DNA of 32,000 nucleotides from Balneolaceae bacterium (GTDB lineage Bacteria; Bacteroidota; Rhodothermia; Balneolales; Balneolaceae). The translations under genes were made by a program, and so were the position numbers. This document shows, piece after piece, positions 18,585 to 25,248 of the stretch (position 1 is the first letter of the stretch; each line of letters begins with the position of its first letter). A model generated the notes under the pieces. The model was not told where the DNA came from and searched no databases. It was given only the letters and a program-made list of their open reading frames with translations. The stretch is taken from contig OY829281.1 in the NCBI GenBank assembly GCA_963691715.1, positions 426,286 through 458,285 of the forward strand. The letters are read 5' to 3'.

Positions 18585-21473
18585 CTAGTCGAATTCACTG
18601 GTATCGATTCCTTGTTCCAATACTTCCATATTTGGTATGTAAAGGTTAGGATTAAATCTCAGCGCTTGTTCCCATTCACGTTGAGCTTGTTCGATATTTC
18701 CTTCAAAATAATAAAAACTTCCCTTTAATGCGTAAGCTTGAGCAGTTTCAAAAAGTTCTAATGATTCACTTACAAATTTAAAAGCTGAATTCATATCTTT
18801 ACTATAAAAGGCGTTTTGAGCTTTTACTATAAGACGTAGTGATGCATCAATTTTGTTAAAAAGTTCTTGGGAATATTCTAAGATTTGAGGAGAGGCTTTA
18901 ATTTGTTCAGTTATTCGTTCTATAGCTAGAATGCTAGCACTATCTTCAACACTCTCTTCTGTCTCTTTCAAAGGTAATAAAGTAAAATTTAGCCCTTCTA
19001 TAAAATCGCCACTTGGCGTAATTTTTATCTCAAATTCAATGGCTTCTGGTTCCGATTTTGAATCTAAAAGTTCTAATTGAGCAGGATCAATCTCTAGTAT
19101 ATATTTTCCTGGTGCGATGGGATATTCATAAAAGCTACCATCCGAAAATGTTCTTAATTCTTTAGTTTCGTTTTCTCCAATTTTACGTAAAAGAACTTTT
19201 AAGCCACCAATACCTTTTGTTACATTATCTTCATATTGTCGCTCCACTATTCCCTCCATCACACCACTTGTATTAAATGGTATTTGAATCAACTTAAAAC
19301 TATTAGGGTCTGTGATAATAGAAAATTCTTCATATTCAGGCACTAACATAGGATTCGAAATCGTCGATGTGTTTATACCCATATTATAGCGGTAGTATGA
19401 AAGTAACTGAGTGTAGTAGAGCACCCCATTTTTATAAAAAGATTGTGCCCCTCCACGCCCAAGTCTAAGTTTTGCATCAGGTAGTAAATCATCCCCGCTA
19501 TTATAAAGCCCATTTGAATCATTATCTATAAATAGCTGTATAGCAGCTCCCGATTTACCAACTTGATTTCTACTAGTTAATATGAAATGATTAAAGTTTG
19601 AATCATATCCTATCGAGCCTCTTACATTTTGAGTTATATTGTAAGAATCACGTATCGTAGAAAATGTAGAATTACTCCTTATTTTTTTTAAATCTATTAT
19701 AAAATTTACCCTTGCTGAGGTATAATTTTGCTGGAAATTCCGACCTATTGATGCTTGTAATCTCCCTACCTTAAATACATTTTTTGAGAATAAAAATTCA
19801 CCAGATTCTATTTTATCATCTGATAATCGATATCTAGACTGAGCTCTCAAGAAAGTACCTCTTAAAAGGGGAGGGATATTTGGGTTTTTGGATACAGTAA
19901 AGGTAGCCGAAGCATCAATCACACCAGTATCACTAGATGTAAAGGGATCAAATGTATCTATCAAACGATCAGAATACCCAAGTCGAATACTCATTTTTTT
20001 TATCCGTGTACTCACATCAAATCGCTGAGTATTTGTTAATACATTCTGTCTTACGCGAATAAAATTTGAAATTCGAAGATTTAAAGGAAGTTTGAAAAAT
20101 TTAGCAGGATAAAATATAGAGGATAATATTTGACGGGAGTTATTCGAAGAATTAAAAATACTTTCACCACCATAATACTCGGTAACATCAATATTGAAAC
20201 TTGCCGTATTTGGATAGATCACATTCAAATTTGAACGAACGTAAGCGTCTGATACTCCTTCGATCGTAAATATATAGTTTTTCGAAATTCTTGATGAGAT
20301 GGAAGCAGTATAGAAGGGTTCATTTTTACCAATCTCTTCAGAATAATATTCAACTCCAAAACGCGCACTTAACCATTTTGTAAGCCCATATGAAATATTA
20401 CCTTGTATTGTTCTATTCCTAATTGTAGAACCGATTAATGGATTATCCAATACTCCTGCATTAAAACGATAGTCGAGTTTACCCTTTGGCACAAAATTGA
20501 AGGGAACTTGTACTCGAGTTGTTCGGGTGATCAATTGACCAGTTGGCCCATAAATTTTTAAATCTAGTTGAGACGACCCATAGTTTAGAGGAGCTAGAAA
20601 TCTATAGTCCCCGATTTCGTTGGCTAATTGATAATCGATCAATCCATTATTTAAATACAGCTCAACTTCTGATAAAGGAATTGTAGTGCCCTTAATTTCA
20701 AATTCATCAAAAAATCGACGTGGCTCCACTGGATCATTAGTAATACGTAGCCCAGTATACTGAGCTCCATATACTCCATCTAAAGGAGACTGACCCAATG
20801 ATATTGAACTGATCCATGGTGTATCTCGTATAAGTGTTTTCCATCTTAAATTATCTGTTTCAAGTACAGAGGCATCAGTATTTGAATTTCCAAATATATT
20901 TCCTTGTAGATCACCACCAAGCACCTGTACTCCAAAGGAACCACTGTAACTTAATGATTGTACTTCAGGTTGTATGTTGCTTGAAAAAGCATAATCAAAA
21001 AACCCTCCATCCAAAATAGTTCTTTCTCTTCCTTTTCGTAATTGAAAATATGTTACTTCATTTGATTTATTCGATATACGTCTTTTATTTTTTCGTAAAC
21101 TACGCTCAACAACGGGTAATTCAACATCAGTAGTTAAGTCAAGGCTCAAGTTATTAATATCAACAGAAAATTCTAGGCCAAAGACGGAACGGAAAAAAGC
21201 AGGTGTAAAATGAAAATCAAGGTCTGTTAAATAATAATCGCTAGATGTTAAAGGATAATCAAAACCATCAAAATTAGCCAATTGCCGAGTAAAATCAATC
21301 GTATATGAAGTTTGTTCAAATCCAAATTTTCCAGATATTTCTAAACCATCTACATTCGATTGCAACTCTAGGATATTGAATAATTCTAGCATAGGAAGAT
21401 AGAACTGCTCCCCATCGTAATAAGTAATAACTACGGTATTTACTACCCCTCGATACCTAAAGTCAAGATACAC
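18585..21473 (-). CDS. Fimbrial usher-like outer-membrane protein with carboxypeptidase-regulatory-like domain and C-terminal TPR tail; 5' end unresolved
   Basis: EIKGTTIPLSEVELYLNNGLIDYQLANEIGDYRFLAPLNYGSSQLDLKIYGPTGQLITRTTRVQVPF matches the conserved usher stretch (FimD: GIARTQAQVTIKQNGYDIYNSTVPPGPFTIDDIYAAGNSGDLQVTIKEADGSIQTLYVPY). It is followed by ~500 aa of alternating, beta-barrel-like sequence, GGLKVLLRKIGENETKELRTFSDGSFYEYPIAPGKYILEI (CarboxypepD_reg-like), and a TPR tail. The ORF track starts at GTG 21473, but a signal-peptide-like sequence is encoded in frame upstream of it (see findings). Confidence 0.55.
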   Translation of the reverse strand: MYLDFRYRGVVNTVVITYYDGEQFYLPMLELFNILELQSNVDGLEISGKFGFEQTSYTIDFTRQLANFDGFDYPLTSSDYYLTDLDFHFTPAFFRSVFGLEFSVDINNLSLDLTTDVELPVVERSLRKNKRRISNKSNEVTYFQLRKGRERTILDGGFFDYAFSSNIQPEVQSLSYSGSFGVQVLGGDLQGNIFGNSNTDASVLETDNLRWKTLIRDTPWISSISLGQSPLDGVYGAQYTGLRITNDPVEPRRFFDEFEIKGTTIPLSEVELYLNNGLIDYQLANEIGDYRFLAPLNYGSSQLDLKIYGPTGQLITRTTRVQVPFNFVPKGKLDYRFNAGVLDNPLIGSTIRNRTIQGNISYGLTKWLSARFGVEYYSEEIGKNEPFYTASISSRISKNYIFTIEGVSDAYVRSNLNVIYPNTASFNIDVTEYYGGESIFNSSNNSRQILSSIFYPAKFFKLPLNLRISNFIRVRQNVLTNTQRFDVSTRIKKMSIRLGYSDRLIDTFDPFTSSDTGVIDASATFTVSKNPNIPPLLRGTFLRAQSRYRLSDDKIESGEFLFSKNVFKVGRLQASIGRNFQQNYTSARVNFIIDLKKIRSNSTFSTIRDSYNITQNVRGSIGYDSNFNHFILTSRNQVGKSGAAIQLFIDNDSNGLYNSGDDLLPDAKLRLGRGGAQSFYKNGVLYYTQLLSYYRYNMGINTSTISNPMLVPEYEEFSIITDPNSFKLIQIPFNTSGVMEGIVERQYEDNVTKGIGGLKVLLRKIGENETKELRTFSDGSFYEYPIAPGKYILEIDPAQLELLDSKSEPEAIEFEIKITPSGDFIEGLNFTLLPLKETEESVEDSASILAIERITEQIKASPQILEYSQELFNKIDASLRLIVKAQNAFYSKDMNSAFKFVSESLELFETAQAYALKGSFYYFEGNIEQAQREWEQALRFNPNLYIPNMEVLEQGIDTSEFD

Positions 21474-21562
21474 CTCAAAATGATCTTCATCTTGGGCAAA
21501 GGAATTAGTGACAAAGCACAGAGAAAAAACTATAAAAAAAAAAGACTTTTTTTCAAGTAAAC

Positions 21563-22399
21563 TTAATTTCTTTTAGAGTAAGTTGTGGTGTTAGAAACAG
21601 TTTTCATTTGAACTAAATCAGTACTTGAAATATCAGAGCGCTGTGATTCGAATGTGATATTGATAGAATACGTGTCGTTAGGCAGATCTTTTATATCAAA
21701 AATATTTTTATAGATCCCATCAAAATAGATAGAAGTAGAAGAGAACGCACGTCTAACTTCTTCACCAGATGGGTTTTTCATTGTAGCGGTTATGGAGCCC
21801 AAAAAAGGAGAATTACCTGTTCGTTTTATATCAGTAAGTAGTGTTAGCGTACCTTTTTCACTGTCATAATTGGTATTCATATCACTAATTTCAATTCCGG
21901 TAGTTACATTCCCTTTTTTATAAAAAATTCCTGTTATTTGCTCAACTCTAATTCCTACTTTTGCAGAAACGGTGTTTGAAGCTTGTAATTCTACAGGTGG
22001 TGCTTCTGGACTTGAACCTGTTTTAATTCTCGCCCAATACGTGCCGTCAGGCAGATCGCTTGGAGGACTTAATCTTAAACGTACGATTTGCCGTTGATCT
22101 TTAGCAAGGGTAAAATTTCTAGGAAATGCTTTAATGTACTCGGCAATAGAATATTGATCTTCTATTTCTGGATCATCAGTAACGATTGATCTTGTTCCAG
22201 CGCTGTCTGAACTACTGTATGAAAATGTAAAGTCTATGGAAATCTCTTGAGTTTCATTGGAGTTATTAATGACCATATAGGTTCCAAATCTCGTATTCCC
22301 CTCAATGAACATATTTGTAGGTGCAATGGTAATTTGAGAAATACCACTGTCAATTATGAATATCGATAACAATGGTATTAAGAATAGATATTTTTTCAT
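21563..22399 (-). CDS. PapD-like periplasmic fimbrial chaperone (putative)
   Basis: Signal peptide MKKYLFLIPLLSIFIIDSGISQ. The N-domain pattern ITIAPTNMFIEG..GTYMVINNSNETQEISIDF...FPRNFTLAKDQRQIVRLRLSPPSDLPDGTYWARIK resembles the Pili_assembly_N pattern (v.l.pTRvIy....s..l.v.N......lvq.w.....PF.vtPPl.rl.p...q.lRi....LP.DrEs). At 278 aa it has a two-domain size, and it sits directly upstream of the usher-like gene. Confidence 0.5.
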   Translation of the reverse strand: MKKYLFLIPLLSIFIIDSGISQITIAPTNMFIEGNTRFGTYMVINNSNETQEISIDFTFSYSSSDSAGTRSIVTDDPEIEDQYSIAEYIKAFPRNFTLAKDQRQIVRLRLSPPSDLPDGTYWARIKTGSSPEAPPVELQASNTVSAKVGIRVEQITGIFYKKGNVTTGIEISDMNTNYDSEKGTLTLLTDIKRTGNSPFLGSITATMKNPSGEEVRRAFSSTSIYFDGIYKNIFDIKDLPNDTYSINITFESQRSDISSTDLVQMKTVSNTTTYSKRN

Positions 22400-22463
22400 T
22401 TACACAAATGGTTCAGTTTAAATGCTCAATTACAAGAAATATAAATATAGTTTTTTATAAAAC

Positions 22464-22497
22464 TATAAAAAAACCCCTTCCTTAGGAAGGGGTTTGG
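22464..22497 (-). terminator. Rho-independent terminator after the 176-aa fimbrial subunit gene
   Basis: On the minus strand the sequence reads AAACCCCTTCC-TAA-GGAAGGGGTTT followed by TTTTTATAG. The stem is GC-rich in an AT-rich genome (core CCCCTTCC/GGAAGGGG, 22474-22481 and 22485-22492) and starts about 18 nt after the stop at 22515. Confidence 0.8.
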
Positions 22498-22514
22498 AAA
22501 GAATTGATTTGTTT

Positions 22515-23045
22515 TTATTGATAAACAAAGGAAACTGATAAGTCTGAGCCACCAGTAAGGTTAGTGGAGTAAACACCATTAGCTTGGCTTGCATCCACAC
22601 CTAGCGAACCACCTATATCTAAGGTAATTTGTCCGTCTGATGATACATCTTGAAATTTTATTACTGTTGTTCCGCTAGTTACCTGGTCTCCACCAACCCA
22701 AATGTCTGGTGTGAATGTCATAGAATTAGAGCCACCATCAGAAAGTGTAGCAGTGGTGAATGTTGCAATTACTTCTGCACCTATAACACCGTCAGATAAT
22801 AAAATTCTTCCTGGGGATGCACCATTACCAACATCTACGCTTACAGCGTCATTTCCATTTGCAGCAAGATTTGGAGAAGTATTAGCTGTTATGCTACCAA
22901 ATTCAACTGCTGTAGTTGTGATGGTTAAAGAGGTAGTAACAGTTGCATTAACATCTACGGTTGTACTTTCGTCCTGCGCATTCACAGTTGGGATAATTAA
23001 AATTGAAAGTAAGAATACCGGTATTAATTTTAATAAATTTTTCAT
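22515..23045 (-). CDS. Secreted DUF4402/SCPU-like (Csu-type) fimbrial subunit, probable major subunit
   Basis: Signal peptide ..PTVNA|QDE. Thr/Ser/Gly/Val-rich beta-strand sequence with the layout I associate with DUF4402: VDVNATVTTSLTITTTAVEFGSI...(core)...ITLDIGGSLGVDASQANGVYST...SVSFVYQ. It has its own 95-nt upstream spacer and a strong terminator downstream. Confidence 0.6.
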   Translation of the reverse strand: MKNLLKLIPVFLLSILIIPTVNAQDESTTVDVNATVTTSLTITTTAVEFGSITANTSPNLAANGNDAVSVDVGNGASPGRILLSDGVIGAEVIATFTTATLSDGGSNSMTFTPDIWVGGDQVTSGTTVIKFQDVSSDGQITLDIGGSLGVDASQANGVYSTNLTGGSDLSVSFVYQ

Positions 23046-23140
23046 GGTTTTATCTATTGTGATTTTTGTTTTTTTTAAAGTTATTTAATGTCTTTTGTAT
23101 TTCCTAGTTAAAAACTCTTAATTAAAATTGTTTAAGTTTA

Positions 23141-23674
23141 TTAATCGAACTCTATTTGTAAGATAATATCTCCACTGTATTCACCTAAGGCAATATTGCC
23201 CACAGTGATTGAGCCAAACACATATATATAGACCGACTTCCAAACTTCGGATGATGCATTCTCAGTTGTATTAGTGTTTGATTGCACAGGTAAATACCCC
23301 GTATTGTTTGGAATGATGGTAGCTAATTCTGTCTTATTTGTACCGCTGTTATTGTAAGCAATAGACATTTCAATGGGAATTTGGTCTACAACAGTGGGGT
23401 TGGGATGGGTTAAAGCAGGAGGATAATCTAAGCTGACAAAAATACTTTGTGTGTGGTATGCCTTAATGTTAAATACTCCCATACCCATATCGCCTAGCCC
23501 TACTGCGAATGAGCCTGAATTAGCTGCTAAATCCCCAAAACTAAAATCGCTCTCCACAGAAGCACTTAACTCGGGTTCTATGGTAATCTGTAGATTTAGA
23601 AATTGTGCACTTAAATCTAAAATATTAAAGTGTACGATCAATGCTATGTATAAAAATTTAATCATAGCTGACAC
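23141..23674 (-). CDS. Secreted DUF4402/SCPU-like fimbrial subunit paralog
   Basis: Signal peptide. ..FSFGDLAANSG.. near the N-terminus. C-terminus VFGSITVGNIALGEYSGDIILQIEFD shares the G-x-Y-x-G-x-(I/F)-x-(I/L)-x-(I/V)-x-(Y/F) ending with its neighbours. The gene overlaps the upstream gene by 17 nt (8 nt if the second Met is used). Confidence 0.5.
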   Translation of the reverse strand: MSAMIKFLYIALIVHFNILDLSAQFLNLQITIEPELSASVESDFSFGDLAANSGSFAVGLGDMGMGVFNIKAYHTQSIFVSLDYPPALTHPNPTVVDQIPIEMSIAYNNSGTNKTELATIIPNNTGYLPVQSNTNTTENASSEVWKSVYIYVFGSITVGNIALGEYSGDIILQIEFD

Positions 23675-24263
23675 TTATGTTTATTGTACCCATGTAACTT
23701 CCGCTAACTAGATTGCCGGTTGTTGTAACGGTAGGATAAATATAAAGATAAGCAGTATCATTATATAAAGAAGGGTTATATCCTTCAAATACAGGAGTTG
23801 GTGGTGGTCCTGGGGGGGTATTTCCACCTTTATTACGAATTGGAAATAATGCATTTGCGGTGGAACCTACTACCAAAAAATTAATGGCATGATCGGTATT
23901 ATCTTGTCCTAAGTTAGCGTAAGCAGCTCTTAGATTGAGGGGTAAACGTCGAGTTGGATCATTTTGGTTGTTTGGATCGTCGTCCAGTAATAAATGGGAA
24001 TCAGCAATTATTTCAACAAATACGTCTAAATATTCTACTCCTTCAATCGAAAAAACTTTAGAGTCTTGAATATCAATAGCCGTAGTTTCCCCAGCTTGGT
24101 CAATAATTATACCAAAATCTAATGCACTACCCGGATTAACCTCAGACAAAATAACAGAATATTGTGAACTATAGCTGCCAAAATCAATTTCCTGACTGAT
24201 AAGGTATTTGTTGTTCAAAAAAGTCATGAGTAGTAAAAGTATATACGTATTAAACCTCTTCAT
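23658..24263 (-). CDS. Secreted DUF4402/SCPU-like fimbrial subunit paralog with Pro-rich insert
   Basis: Signal peptide. ..LDFGIIIDQAG.. near the N-terminus. GGNTPPGPPPTP insert. C-terminus YIYPTVTTTGNLVSGSYMGTINISVSYD carries the shared motif. Its start overlaps the stop of the upstream gene by 1 nt. Confidence 0.5.
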   Translation of the reverse strand: MKRFNTYILLLLMTFLNNKYLISQEIDFGSYSSQYSVILSEVNPGSALDFGIIIDQAGETTAIDIQDSKVFSIEGVEYLDVFVEIIADSHLLLDDDPNNQNDPTRRLPLNLRAAYANLGQDNTDHAINFLVVGSTANALFPIRNKGGNTPPGPPPTPVFEGYNPSLYNDTAYLYIYPTVTTTGNLVSGSYMGTINISVSYD

Positions 24264-24757
24264 TAGATGTAATCGATCTCTATCGTAAAATCGCCTTCAT
24301 AGTTCCCTGGTTCTGCGTTTTCAAGATTTAATACACCACCTAACCAGATATAAAATGTACCTTCATTGTTAAAGCGTAGATTTCTATTTTGATATTGAAT
24401 TATATCAGAAGTAGATTGATCATCTATAGTATTACCTGAAAGTTCATATCTGAATGTTAAATAACCTGGGCCCTCTATTCTGTCTAGCCTTTTCTCTAAA
24501 TCATAATCTAATCTAAATTCGGCTTCGGGTGTACCTAGAGCAACCATATGCCCTGAATTGAGGTCATTAATTGGATTAATTGTGATGATAACTTGGCCAG
24601 GTTGAGTATTTTCTAAACTTAATGGATTTACAGTTATTAATTCTATTGATTGTGTAACTTCAGCATTTATATTGAGTTGAGCACTAACAGAGGTGTCGTC
24701 CTGAGCAATGGTTGAGGAAGGAATCAAGAAAAATATTATAAGAATCAGTAATCTCAT
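24263..24757 (-). CDS. Secreted DUF4402/SCPU-like fimbrial subunit paralog
   Basis: Signal peptide MRLLILIIFFLIPSSTIA|QDD. VSAQLNINAEVTQSIELITVNPLSLEN... C-terminus FYIWLGGVLNLENAEPGNYEGDFTIEIDYI closely follows the DUF4402-type ending (..vGGtL.v...q..G.Y.G.f.vtv.Y). Confidence 0.55.
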   Translation of the reverse strand: MRLLILIIFFLIPSSTIAQDDTSVSAQLNINAEVTQSIELITVNPLSLENTQPGQVIITINPINDLNSGHMVALGTPEAEFRLDYDLEKRLDRIEGPGYLTFRYELSGNTIDDQSTSDIIQYQNRNLRFNNEGTFYIWLGGVLNLENAEPGNYEGDFTIEIDYI

Positions 24758-24846
24758 TAAATACGTGTGTTTAGCTAAAATTAATACTTAGTATAAACTA
24801 AGCCAATTAATCTTCTTTAATGTGTTTAGCGTTGAATTAAACATAA

Positions 24847-25245
24847 CTACCATGCAAATGCGTTGAAATATATAGGATCTAGATTAACTTCACGATTTTG
24901 AAGTTGGATTGCTCTTGGCATTGCCTCTTCTTCTTTTATGAAATTGATCATCATTTCAAAATTATACTTGAGCATATTATTACGGAATCTAGGGGAAAAA
25001 CGAATAGTTATTGAATAAATGCTGTCTATAGGTTCTTCATCTAGTAAGTAATAAGGATTGGGTGTATTTATTGGATAAAGATCTCCAATAATTTTGATAT
25101 TGTCTCTGCCTGGAATAAAAGTACTGTCTTCCAATTGAGGTTTCAAATTTACATTAAAAGTAATTTCAGTAGATTGTGCTTGTGCATTAAAAATGCACCA
25201 CATACTGATATAAAAAATAAAAAGTAAAGGCTTGAATTGATTCAT
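24847..25245 (-). CDS. Small secreted protein, CBM20-like/Ig-like beta-sandwich (tentative)
   Basis: Signal peptide ..IFNAQA|QST. ITFNVNLKPQ...FIPGRDNIKIIGDL....LLDEEPIDSIYSITIRF......LKYNFEM loosely follows the starch-binding-domain pattern (v.F.v......G..v.vvG.......l......W...v.l......YKy). Function unknown. Confidence 0.3.
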   Translation of the reverse strand: MNQFKPLLFIFYISMWCIFNAQAQSTEITFNVNLKPQLEDSTFIPGRDNIKIIGDLYPINTPNPYYLLDEEPIDSIYSITIRFSPRFRNNMLKYNFEMMINFIKEEEAMPRAIQLQNREVNLDPIYFNAFAW

Positions 25246-25248
25246 CGT

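Noticed and set aside
1230-21019. Other short overlapping ORFs in the track (1230-1451, 4073-4360, 7631-7864, 7797-7988, 8159-8359, 11646-11843, 15799-16011, 16795-17079, 18379-18573, 20834-21019, 25899-26096, 26734-27142)
   Set aside because: Each is nested in, or antisense to, a longer ORF with clear family motifs. They are 61-95 aa with unremarkable or low-complexity translations and are treated as spurious.
22702-23088. 128-aa plus-strand ORF opposite the 176-aa subunit gene, and the 86-aa ORF at 23451-23711
   Set aside because: They are antisense to genes that have signal peptides, paralog support and a matching terminator. The open antisense frames are explained by the repetitive Thr/Val/Ser codon composition.
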